Shown in pieces: positions 45,991 to 54,337 of a DNA stretch of 64,000 nt. The position numbers and the translations under genes are program-made. The notes under the pieces were generated by a model. That model saw nothing but the letters and a program-made list of their open reading frames with translations. It was not told the origin of the DNA and made no database searches. Every line of letters starts with the position of its first letter. The stretch's first letter is position 1. Source of the DNA: Rhodothermales bacterium (GTDB taxonomy: Bacteria > Bacteroidota > Rhodothermia > Rhodothermales > BA12); NCBI GenBank assembly GCA_963829705.1, contig CAWHJN010000002.1:162954-226953 (forward strand). The letters run 5' to 3'.

Positions 45991-47181
45991 TCACTCGCCA
46001 CTCGAAACCACCGACTCGTACACGATGTCGGCGAAATCCGACCGCACCGGGCCGATCCGCGAGTTGTCGCGGGTGGGGTAGACCCGGTTGGTGAGCAGGA
46101 TGGCGAACAGGCGCGCGTCCGGGTCGATCCACATCGAGGTGCCGGTGAAGCCGGTGTGGCCGAAGGCGCGCGGTCCGAAGCGCGTGCCCGCCGACGAGTA
46201 GCCCTCGGTCGAGCGCGTGTCCCACCCGATGGCCCGCGTGCTGCCCGAAGCGTCCACGCGCGTCGTGAATCGCCGGATCGTCTCTGGTTTCAGGAACGTC
46301 TTCCCGTCCACCTGTCCCTCGTTGACGAGCATCGTCGCAAAACGCGCCAGGTCTTCTGCTGTTGAAAAAAGACCCGCGTGGCCCGCCGTGCCGCCGAGCA
46401 GGTACGCGGCTTCGTCGTGTACCTCCCCCTGCACGAGCCGCTTGCGGAAGAGCGTGTCGATTTCGGTGGGCACGACGGACGGGTCCGACCCCTGCCCCGC
46501 CGGACGGTAGCCGGTCTGCGTCATGCCCAGCCGCGCGAACACCTCGCGCGCCACGAACGCGCCGAAATCCTCGCCGGTGATGTTTTCGATCGCGAGCGCG
46601 AGCGAGATCGGCCCGAAGTCGGAGTAGCGCGTGTCGGTGCCCGTCGGGTAGACGAGCGTGTCGTTCATGATGGCGTCGAGGACCTGCTGGCGCGTGGTGT
46701 AGCCCTCGGTGTGGAACGGCCGGAAGGGTCGCAGGCCCGAGCGGTGGGTGAGCACGTCGAGAACGGTGATCTCGCCCTTGCCGCCCGCCCCGAACGCCGG
46801 CAGGTACCGCGAGAGCGGCGCGTTGAGGTCGATCTGGCCGCGCTCGTAGAGCAGCATCGTGGCCGTCGTAGTGGCAACGACTTTGGTGAGCGAGGCGAGG
46901 TCGAACAGGCTTTGCGGAGTGACGGCCCGCGCGGTGTCGGCGTAGGTGAAGCGTCCGTAGCCTTTCATCAACAGGCGGGCGTCGCGCTGCCCCACGGCCA
47001 CCGCCGCGCCGGGAAACACGCGCTGCCCGATGGCGGCCTCGACGAGCGAATCGACGCGGGTTTCGAGCACGCGGCTGGCGGTGCGCACCGGCGTGGAGGT
47101 CACGAGGGGTTCCGACACGTCCTGCGCGCACGCGGCAGGCAGGACGGCGAGGACGAGGACGAGCGCGAGGGGCAGACGCAT
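45991..47181 (-). CDS. serine hydrolase, beta-lactamase/PBP4*-like (class C fold)
   Basis: 396 aa with a signal peptide and the SxxK motif in FDLASLTKVV. It resembles an AmpC/EstB-like esterase. Confidence 0.8.
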   Translation of the reverse strand: MRLPLALVLVLAVLPAACAQDVSEPLVTSTPVRTASRVLETRVDSLVEAAIGQRVFPGAAVAVGQRDARLLMKGYGRFTYADTARAVTPQSLFDLASLTKVVATTTATMLLYERGQIDLNAPLSRYLPAFGAGGKGEITVLDVLTHRSGLRPFRPFHTEGYTTRQQVLDAIMNDTLVYPTGTDTRYSDFGPISLALAIENITGEDFGAFVAREVFARLGMTQTGYRPAGQGSDPSVVPTEIDTLFRKRLVQGEVHDEAAYLLGGTAGHAGLFSTAEDLARFATMLVNEGQVDGKTFLKPETIRRFTTRVDASGSTRAIGWDTRSTEGYSSAGTRFGPRAFGHTGFTGTSMWIDPDARLFAILLTNRVYPTRDNSRIGPVRSDFADIVYESVVSSGE

Positions 47182-47217
47182 AAAAAAGCGGGCTGGAGGA
47201 CGTTGCCTTCAGCCCGC
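47182..47217 (-). terminator. intrinsic terminator downstream of secG
   Basis: A 12-bp stem pairs 47188-47199 with 47206-47217. A U6 tail (47182-47187 on the minus strand) abuts the ATG of the next gene at 47181. Confidence 0.75.
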
Positions 47218-47241
47218 AAGATAGTGCCGGAGCGCGCGGTT

Positions 47242-47592
47242 TTACTGCTGCGGTGCCGCCTCAGTGGGCGCGGGCGTCGCGGGTGCCGTGACCGGCGGCG
47301 CCGTGACGGGGCCCGGCGCGGCCTGCTCGGTCGTCGTGCCGCGGATGACGCTGCCGCTGTCGCCGCGGTCGATGGCGAAGTTGGACAGGATGCAGAGCGC
47401 GCCGAAGATGGCGGCCATCACCCAGGTGGCTTTTTCGAGCACATCGGGGGCCTGGCGCGCGCCGAGGATCTGCGTGGTGCCGCCCGCGGCGATGCCGCTG
47501 AGGCCACCGCCCTTGCCACTCTGCACCAGCACGACCAGAATCAGCAGGACGGCGATGAGCGCGATGATGAAGATGATGAGGCCGAAAAGCAT
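47242..47592 (-). CDS. secG: preprotein translocase subunit SecG
   Basis: Start at MLFGLIIFIIALIAVLLILVVLVQSGKGGGLSGI. There is a second transmembrane helix and a Pro/Thr/Ala-rich tail. Confidence 0.85.
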   Translation of the reverse strand: MLFGLIIFIIALIAVLLILVVLVQSGKGGGLSGIAAGGTTQILGARQAPDVLEKATWVMAAIFGALCILSNFAIDRGDSGSVIRGTTTEQAAPGPVTAPPVTAPATPAPTEAAPQQ

Positions 47593-47728
47593 GGAAAAAG
47601 CGTGTCGTCGGGAGAAGTATAGCGTGCCAAGATACCGCCCAGCCGGGAGCCGTACAACGCCGTGTTCCAACCTCAACTCTTCTTCAAGAGAACGCGGAAG
47701 GCGAAACAGGGAGGACGAGCTTCCAACC

Positions 47729-48295
47729 TCACGTGCCCCGCAGGTGGGCGTCCGCCAGCAGCAGGGCCAGCGCGGACTTGGCGTCGGCGATTTCGCCCTT
47801 CTTCGCCTGCGCGACGAGGTCGGCGAACGGCATTCGCACCACGTCGAGGTGCTCGCCATCGGCCAGCGCGCGTGTGCCCTCGGTGAGGTCGCGGGCAAGG
47901 AAAAGGTGGATGACCTCGTCGCTGTAGCCGATGCACGGGTATGTGGCGCCGAGCTTTTCGAGCGTACCCGCGCGGTAGCCCGTCTCCTCCTCCAGCTCGC
48001 GCCGTGCCGCGTCGGCGGGGTCTTCGCCGTCAGCGTCGAGCTTGCCCGCCGGGACTTCGAGAAACACGCGGCGCGGCGGGTACCTGAACTGCCGGATCAT
48101 CAGCGCCGTCTCGTCCTCGAACAGCGCCACCACCGCCGACGCGCCGGGGTGCTGGATCCACTCGCGCACCGACGTGCTGCCGTCGGGCAACCGGGCCACG
48201 TCGCGGTAGACGTGGAGCAGGCGGCCATCGAGCAGCTTTTCGGACGAGACAGTGGTTTCTTCGAGGCCGGAGGTCGGAGGTCGGAGGTCGGACAT
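47729..48295 (-). CDS. NUDIX hydrolase (ADP-ribose pyrophosphatase-like)
   Basis: 188 aa with the Nudix box GKLDADGEDPADAARRELEEETG. The first codons contain a GACCTCC x3 tandem repeat, so the true start is uncertain. Confidence 0.8.
   Translation of the reverse strand: MSDLRPPTSGLEETTVSSEKLLDGRLLHVYRDVARLPDGSTSVREWIQHPGASAVVALFEDETALMIRQFRYPPRRVFLEVPAGKLDADGEDPADAARRELEEETGYRAGTLEKLGATYPCIGYSDEVIHLFLARDLTEGTRALADGEHLDVVRMPFADLVAQAKKGEIADAKSALALLLADAHLRGT
48269..48289. repeat. tandem heptamer GGAGGTC x3 (GACCTCC in the sense strand) at the 5' end of the NUDIX ORF
   Basis: Read directly: ggaggtc ggaggtc ggaggtc gga, at 48269-48292. Confidence 0.9.
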
Positions 48296-48322
48296 GGAAA
48301 GGTCGAGAGACGAAGGGCGAAG

Positions 48323-48679
48323 TCAGCGGAGCGATTCCAGCAGCGCCTGCGCGATGCGGTCGGCGCGGTCGCGCTGCTCCTCGACCACCCGGATCGCCGT
48401 CTGCACCTGCAGCGCATCGCTGTCGAGGGCGACGAGTTCGAGCAAGGCGCAGGCGCGTGCGCCGTCGGCCAGGCCCAGCGTGGCGAACGACGATTTAAGG
48501 CGGTGAGCGGCGCGGGAAAGCCTGTCGAAGTCGGCCTCGGCGGTGATCTGGACGCGGCTGTCGGCGGTCGATTGCAGGAACGCTTCGAGCATATCGACGA
48601 CGAACTCGTCGTCCTCGCATCCCGCCAGGTTGTAGAGGTAGCTGCGGAGCCCCTCAACGGGTGTCCGCGGGTCATTCAT
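48323..48679 (-). CDS. stand-alone Hpt (histidine phosphotransfer) domain protein
   Basis: 118 aa. AAHRLKSSFATLGL matches the HxLKGS phosphotransfer motif. Its ATG overlaps the upstream gene's stop by 8 nt (ATGAATGA). Confidence 0.6.
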   Translation of the reverse strand: MNDPRTPVEGLRSYLYNLAGCEDDEFVVDMLEAFLQSTADSRVQITAEADFDRLSRAAHRLKSSFATLGLADGARACALLELVALDSDALQVQTAIRVVEEQRDRADRIAQALLESLR

Positions 48680-49337
48680 AGAGACGCAGGTGGTTGGGCA
48701 GCTCGTTGGTGTCGTCGTCGGCGATGGCGAGGCCGCACTCCTGGAGCAGCACGCCGCAGCGCTCGAAGCTCTCGGCGAGCACCGGGCCGAGTTGTCGCTG
48801 GCGGATGCCCTCGATGAGTCGCGCGCACAGGTCGCCCCACGCCTCAGGCGGCACGCGTGCGCTGATGCCCTCGTCGGCCAGCACCTCCACGCGGCGCTCG
48901 AAGACGGCGAGGAAGAGCAGCACACCCGTGCGGTGGCGGGTGTTGAAGACGGCTTCTTCGAGAAACACGCGCTCGGCACGGGCATGGCAGCGCGCTTCGA
49001 GGCGGTCCTTGCCGATGAGGGCGCGGCGCAGCGGCGCGACGGTCTGCGCCAGCACGCCGCCCACGATCCCGCCCGCCACCACGAGCAGCGCCACCGCCCA
49101 GCCATCGTGCAGCCAGCCGAGGCCCCAGCCGTCGTAAAACTGGTAGAGTGCGGCGGTGACGACGAGCACCACCACCACGCCGCCCGCCACGCCGCGCCAC
49201 CGCGCCTCCGGGTAATCGTCGCACTGGCGGACGATGCACGGCACGATCTCCGCCGACGTGCGGGCCTCGGCCTGGGCGACGGCCTCTTTCAACGAGGCGA
49301 GTTCTTCGGGCGTGAAGTGGTGGGGCATCCCGTGCAA
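48672..49337 (-). CDS. TPM-domain (TLP18.3/Psb32-like) membrane protein
   Basis: 221 aa. The N-terminal AEARTSAEIVPCIV segment, two transmembrane helices and the GVLLFLAVFERRVEVLAD segment are typical of TPM domains. Confidence 0.55.
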   Translation of the reverse strand: MHGMPHHFTPEELASLKEAVAQAEARTSAEIVPCIVRQCDDYPEARWRGVAGGVVVVLVVTAALYQFYDGWGLGWLHDGWAVALLVVAGGIVGGVLAQTVAPLRRALIGKDRLEARCHARAERVFLEEAVFNTRHRTGVLLFLAVFERRVEVLADEGISARVPPEAWGDLCARLIEGIRQRQLGPVLAESFERCGVLLQECGLAIADDDTNELPNHLRLYE

Positions 49338-49407
49338 GAACGTGGTGGTTCGCTAAACTACGTCATCTCCCCACCTGCCGCCGCCTTCCGTTTGGCGAGC
49401 GCGGTGC

Positions 49408-50454
49408 TCAGGGTTGCGGCGCGGCGCGGAGCGAGGCGATGAACGCATCCGCGTGGCGGACGAGGGCGGAGTCGGCTCCGGCGAGGCGTTTGACCTTCTC
49501 CATCTGCTCGATGGCCTGGTCGGTGCGCCCGATCCGCATGAGGAAGTAGGCGTAGTTGTACGTCGCGCCCACGTGCGTCGAGTCGCGGTCGAGCACGGCG
49601 CGCGTCTCCTCGATGGCCTTCATCGGGTTGGCAGGGTCGTACTGGTAGGCCCATGCGAGGCGGGCGCGCACGTCGCTGTCCTCCTCCGTTTCGAGCGCCG
49701 TCACATAGGCGGGGATGACGCGCAGGGCGACGGGCTGCGGGTTTTCGTCGCGGTCTTCGAGCACGCGCAGCCACTCGAAGTACAGGTCGCCCGCACGCCG
49801 CCACGCGGCGGCAGAGGGTTCGAGACGGGCGAGGTCTTCCTGCGCCTGCGCGGCGAGGTCGGGCCGCCCGAAGCCCACGAGCAGGTTGACGAGTTCGCGC
49901 AGGTGGCCAGGGCGCGCCGAAGCGTCGGCGGCGTCGAGCGTGTCTTCGAGCCGGGCGACGGCCTGCTCCTGCTCGGGCGCCAGCGGCGCGAACACCTGCG
50001 CGGCAGGCGCGGCGGCGGACGTGCCGGTGGCGGCGGCAGCAGGTGTGGGCGGCGCGCTCCGTCCCTCGCTCATCGCCGTGATGACGAACAGGGCCACAAC
50101 GAGCAGCACGGCGCTGCCCAGCACGATGGCGAGCGTGCGCCCGACGGGAGCCGACGAGGGGATGCGCGTGCCGCTCGCTCCATCGGCAGGCGCGGGCGGA
50201 CGCGCCGCAGCGTGTACCTCGAGCGGCGCGCCGCACTGGCTGCAAAAGCGCGATCCGGGCGGGTTGCGCCAGCCGCAGGCGTTGCAGAACACGCTTTTTT
50301 CAGTCGCCGCAGGCACGGGCGTGGGCATCGTCGGCGTCACGTCCGCCGGGGCCGCGGCGCCCTGCTCGGCTCCGCACAGGTCGCAGCGCGTCGCGCCGGG
50401 CGCGAGGCGCGCGCCGCATTCGGTGCAGACGGAAACGGCGTCACTCATGGGCAT
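49408..50454 (-). CDS. double zinc-ribbon / transmembrane / TPR-like protein
   Basis: Start at MPMSDAVSVCTECGARL...CDLCG, then CNACG...CSQCG, one transmembrane helix, and a C-terminal TPR-like helical region. The start overlaps the HU stop. Confidence 0.65.
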   Translation of the reverse strand: MPMSDAVSVCTECGARLAPGATRCDLCGAEQGAAAPADVTPTMPTPVPAATEKSVFCNACGWRNPPGSRFCSQCGAPLEVHAAARPPAPADGASGTRIPSSAPVGRTLAIVLGSAVLLVVALFVITAMSEGRSAPPTPAAAATGTSAAAPAAQVFAPLAPEQEQAVARLEDTLDAADASARPGHLRELVNLLVGFGRPDLAAQAQEDLARLEPSAAAWRRAGDLYFEWLRVLEDRDENPQPVALRVIPAYVTALETEEDSDVRARLAWAYQYDPANPMKAIEETRAVLDRDSTHVGATYNYAYFLMRIGRTDQAIEQMEKVKRLAGADSALVRHADAFIASLRAAPQP

Positions 50455-50737
50455 CGGGGTGGGCCGCAGCGACGACGTCGCGCAGCTCGCGGGCGGGTTT
50501 GAAGACGGGGGCGTAGCGCGCCGGGATGGCGATTTCCTTGCCCGTGACGGGGTTTCGGGCCGACCGCTCGGCGCGGTGCTGCACCTGGAACGCGCCGAAG
50601 CCCCGCAGATCCACGCGGTTCCCCTCGACGAGCGCCTCCCGCACACAGATCATGAAGCCTTCGATGACGGCCTCCGTCTCGATGCGGGTCAGCCCCGTCG
50701 CCTCCGCGATGCGCTCGGTGAGTTCGGCTTTGGTCAT
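50441..50737 (-). CDS. HU-family DNA-binding protein
   Basis: Start at MTKAELTERIAEATGLT. LRGFGAFQVQHRAERSARNPVTGKEIAIPAR is the HU arm. Confidence 0.9.
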   Translation of the reverse strand: MTKAELTERIAEATGLTRIETEAVIEGFMICVREALVEGNRVDLRGFGAFQVQHRAERSARNPVTGKEIAIPARYAPVFKPARELRDVVAAAHPDAHE

Positions 50738-50901
50738 GGGTGCAACGTCGATGACATGGAAAACCCACAAGTTAGCGCCGCGCGCCTCATCCATCACTTG
50801 AACTCCCGGTGCAAAATGCGGGCGTTCCATTTTCCCATCGCCCCGGCGCGGCGCGATCCCGTAGTTTGCGCCCGAATGGTTCAGCCCTCTCCACCACGTC
50901 T

Positions 50902-53900
50902 ATGCGCCTGTTCTCCTCGCTCCTCGTCCTGCTCGCGCTTCTCGCCGCACCCGCCCTTCACGCCCAGGGCACGCCCTCCTGGCAGATGCGCGTGGCCTAC
51001 GACATGGACATCACGATGGACGCGCCCGCGCACCAGTTCACGGGCACGCAGCGTCTGACGCTCACCAACGAGAGCCCCGACACGCTCACGTACGTCTACT
51101 ACCACCTCTACTTCAACGCCTTCCAGCCCCAGTCGCTCATGGCCGAGCGCAACCGGCAGCTTCCCGACCCCGACAGCCGCGTGGTGCCGCGCATTTTCGA
51201 GTTGGGGCCGGACGAGATCGGCTACCACCGCGTCGCGTCGCTCACCCAGGACGGCACGCCGATTCCCTTCGAGATCGACGACACGCTGCTGCGCGCTACC
51301 CTCGCCCGCCCCATCCCACCGGGCGGACGGGCGACGTTCGAGATGGCGTTCAACTCGCAGGTGCCGCTCCAGACGCGCCGCTCGGGCCGCGACTCGCGCG
51401 AGGGCATCGACTATTCGATGAGCCAGTGGTACCCCAAGATGGCGTACTACGACAGCCGCGGCTGGCACGCCGACCCGTACGTGGGGCGGGAGTTCTACGC
51501 GCCCTATGGCTCCTTCGACGTGACCATCGACCTGCCTGCCGAGTACGTCATCGGGGCCACGGGCGTGTTGCAGAACCCGGGCGAGATCGGCCACGGCTAC
51601 ACCGACCGCGCCGTCGAGCACACGCCCGGCTCGCGCCTCAAATGGCACTTCGTCGCCGAGAACGTCCACGACTTTGCCTGGGCCGCCGACCGCGATTACA
51701 TCCACGACAAGATCGAGGGCGACGGCATCACCTATCACCTCTTCTACCAGCCCGACGTGTCGGAAGGCTGGCAGTTCTTGCGGCAGTTCGTGCCCGCCGT
51801 CATCCAGTATTACAGCCAGCGCATCGGGCCGTACGTGTGGCCGCAGTTTACCGTGGCGCAGGCGGGCGACGGCGGCATGGAGTACCCGATGGTCAACTTC
51901 ATCACGGGCGGCCGCACGCCCGGATCGCTCGTCGGCGTGACGGCACACGAGGCAGCGCACGAGTGGTTTTACGGAATGCTCGGCTCCAACGAAAGCGACT
52001 ATCCGTGGATGGACGAGGGCTTTACGAGCTACATGACGGGCGAGGCCATCGCCGCGATTCTCAGCCCCGGACGCACCGCCTCGCACGCGGGCGCGACGCG
52101 CGGCATCATGACGCTCCAGCAAGACGGCACCTTCGAGCCACTCAACGCGGCGTCCGACTGGTTCGAGACGAACCGCGCCTACAGCGTCGCCGCGTACTCG
52201 GGTGGTGAGATGGTGATGGAGTTGCTGGGCTACGTCCTCGGCGATTCGCTGCGCGACGTGTTCATCAAGGAGTATTACGATCAGTACCTGCTTGCGCCAC
52301 CCTCAGCCCGCCGACGTCGAGCGCGTGGCCGAAAACGTGAGCGGCATCGAGCTGGATTGGTTTTTCCGCCAGCTCACGCAGCAGGACGTGCGGATGGATT
52401 ACGCCGTCACGGGCGTCTCGGGCAGCACCGTCACGCTGCGCCGCAACGACCGGATGGTGTTTCCCATCGACCTGAAGCTGACGCTCGCCGACGGCTCGGA
52501 GCGTGGGTGACGATCCCGACATCGGAGATGCAGCAGGCCAAGCCCGTCCCGGATAGTTGGGTCGTGGCCCCCGCGTGGGGCTGGACGCGCCCGACGTACA
52601 CGCTGACGCTCGACGCGCCGGGCCGCATCGTGAAGGCCGAGATCGACCCGATGGGCCGGACGCCGGATTACAACCGCCTCAACAACTCCAACAAAACACC
52701 CGTCGAGGTCGCCTTTCTCAAAGCCCCGTCGCCGTCGCTCGACGCCTACAGCTACGGCTGGCGGCCGCTCGTGACCTACGCGGACCGCTTCGGCGTCGGC
52801 ATCGGCGTGCAACTGCGCGGCGCGTACTGGATGAACCAGCACGTGAAGAAAGCCATGCTCACCGTCTACCCGCAGGCCTTCGACCGCTCGGCACTCGACC
52901 CCGACGTGTCGTCGGAGTTCACCTTTTTCGATGTGCCGCGCCGGCAGTGGTACGATGCCCTCGACTACGCGCTGTCCTACGAGACGCCCCTCCGCGCCCT
53001 CAGCCCGCAGACGCGGATCGCGGTGTCGGCGGAGAAACACCTCGGCGTCATGCAGAACCGGGTGAGCGTGTCGCACACGCTGGGCCGGTGGGCGGCGCTG
53101 GGCCAGGACGCGGGCACCGTGACGCTCTACGGCGTCCACACGCTGCAGCCCACGCAGCGCGGCTTCGCCTTCGACGGTGTCAGCAGCTTTCTCGGCGACC
53201 ACGGCGCGTACGCGGGCGCGCGCTTCAGCGCCGGGCGCGGCGGTGACCGGCTCGACCTCGACGTGCAGGTGGGCGGCTCGTTCCGTCGCAGTTCGTTTGC
53301 GTACAACCTCAGTCCGGATCCCTCCAACCCGGTATTCGAACTCAACCTCGAACGCTTCAGCAACACGCGCGTGACGCTCAAAGCGCAGAAGGATGTGCCC
53401 GCCGGGCCGCTCACGCTGCGCGCCCGCACGCTGCTGGGCTTCGGCAGCGACGCCCTCGCGCCCTACCAGCACTACCGCATGGGCGCGGCGAGTCTCGAGC
53501 AGACGTGGCAGACGGCGGCCTCGCGCCAGATCGCCGGGCTGAACGACGAGATTGCTGACGATGTGCCCTTCCAGGCCTTCTCGGGCTTCGGCCCGGTGGG
53601 CTACGCCGTGCCCTACACCGCCTACACCCTCCCGACAGGCAACACGCCCAGCAGCACGCAGGCGTGGATGGGAACGGTGGAAGTGGGCCTGCCGCGCCTG
53701 ACGACGCCTCTGCTCGCCCCCCTCGGCGTCACGGCGTTCTCGGGCGCGGGCATCGGAGCCGGGGGTTCGTTCATCACCACGGACACGCGCCGCTTCTCGT
53801 TCGACAACCTCATCGCCGACGCGGGCCTGGGTCTCAGCTACGACCTGAGCCGCAACGCCAAGCTGCGCCGCCTCACCGCGCAGTCGGATTTCTTGCAGTC

Positions 53901-54012
53901 GTTCAAAGTCGCCGCGCGCTTTCCGCTGTGGCTCAGCGACCCCGAGATGCTGGGGCCGGATGAGGATGCCTTCGCCTTCCGCTACCTCTTCGGCATCGAG
54001 GTGGGCTGGTGA
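50902..54012 (+). CDS. M1-family metallopeptidase fused to a long beta-barrel-like C-terminal region. The ORF is open, but codons in 52291-52504 are out of the family frame.
   Basis: Signal peptide MRLFSSLLVLLALLAAPALHAQ and the zinc site HEAAHEWFYG...WMDEGFTSY. The conserved-looking segment RHPQPADVERVAENVSGIELDWFFRQ...FPIDLKLTLADGSER is encoded in a different frame (ORF 52292-52510). The C-terminus ends ...FRYLFGIEVGW. Confidence 0.8.
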   Translation: MRLFSSLLVLLALLAAPALHAQGTPSWQMRVAYDMDITMDAPAHQFTGTQRLTLTNESPDTLTYVYYHLYFNAFQPQSLMAERNRQLPDPDSRVVPRIFELGPDEIGYHRVASLTQDGTPIPFEIDDTLLRATLARPIPPGGRATFEMAFNSQVPLQTRRSGRDSREGIDYSMSQWYPKMAYYDSRGWHADPYVGREFYAPYGSFDVTIDLPAEYVIGATGVLQNPGEIGHGYTDRAVEHTPGSRLKWHFVAENVHDFAWAADRDYIHDKIEGDGITYHLFYQPDVSEGWQFLRQFVPAVIQYYSQRIGPYVWPQFTVAQAGDGGMEYPMVNFITGGRTPGSLVGVTAHEAAHEWFYGMLGSNESDYPWMDEGFTSYMTGEAIAAILSPGRTASHAGATRGIMTLQQDGTFEPLNAASDWFETNRAYSVAAYSGGEMVMELLGYVLGDSLRDVFIKEYYDQYLLAPPSARRRRARGRKRERHRAGLVFPPAHAAGRADGLRRHGRLGQHRHAAPQRPDGVSHRPEADARRRLGAWVTIPTSEMQQAKPVPDSWVVAPAWGWTRPTYTLTLDAPGRIVKAEIDPMGRTPDYNRLNNSNKTPVEVAFLKAPSPSLDAYSYGWRPLVTYADRFGVGIGVQLRGAYWMNQHVKKAMLTVYPQAFDRSALDPDVSSEFTFFDVPRRQWYDALDYALSYETPLRALSPQTRIAVSAEKHLGVMQNRVSVSHTLGRWAALGQDAGTVTLYGVHTLQPTQRGFAFDGVSSFLGDHGAYAGARFSAGRGGDRLDLDVQVGGSFRRSSFAYNLSPDPSNPVFELNLERFSNTRVTLKAQKDVPAGPLTLRARTLLGFGSDALAPYQHYRMGAASLEQTWQTAASRQIAGLNDEIADDVPFQAFSGFGPVGYAVPYTAYTLPTGNTPSSTQAWMGTVEVGLPRLTTPLLAPLGVTAFSGAGIGAGGSFITTDTRRFSFDNLIADAGLGLSYDLSRNAKLRRLTAQSDFLQSFKVAARFPLWLSDPEMLGPDEDAFAFRYLFGIEVGW

Positions 54013-54293
54013 TGGACGCAGGCGCGGTGAAAGCGGCGGCGCTCGCGCTAGGCATCGTCTCACCCGACGCGCTGCCGACGGACGAGGCCGCACTCCGCGC
54101 GTGGCTGACGGAGCGCGTCGCCTACCTGCTCGAAACCCGGCCCGCCCTGCTCCTCAGCCATCTCTACCGTGTGGACGTGCGCGAGCGCGACGTGCGGGCC
54201 GCGCTGGCCGCGCCCGACCCCACCGCCGCCGTCGTCCAGGCGCTGCTCGACCGCGAGGCCGAGAAGGCGCGCTACCGTGCAACGAAACCTTGA
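54012..54293 (+). CDS. small hypothetical protein
   Basis: About 93 aa. Its start overlaps the peptidase TGA (TGATG; an alternative GTG lies at 54009). Composition is coding-like. I recognise no family. Confidence 0.5.
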   Translation: MDAGAVKAAALALGIVSPDALPTDEAALRAWLTERVAYLLETRPALLLSHLYRVDVRERDVRAALAAPDPTAAVVQALLDREAEKARYRATKP

Positions 54294-54327
54294 GGGTTTT
54301 CAAAACCCTCAGGGTCTGAACCAGACC
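54291..54327 (+). promoter_or_regulatory. two adjacent perfect 7-bp hairpins directly upstream of ppc
   Basis: GAGGGUU-UUCAA-AACCCUC at 54291-54309 and GGGUCUG-AAC-CAGACCC at 54311-54327. No U tail follows, and the ppc ATG is at 54338. Confidence 0.4.
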
Positions 54328-54337
54328 CCTCCGCCGT

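Noticed and set aside
47665-47731. An 11-bp direct repeat TTCCAACCTCA (47665-47675 and 47721-47731) flanking a small hairpin between the NUDIX gene and secG.
   Set aside because: It is short and could arise by chance or by leader-type slippage. There is no coding or mobile-element context, so I did not raise it to a finding.
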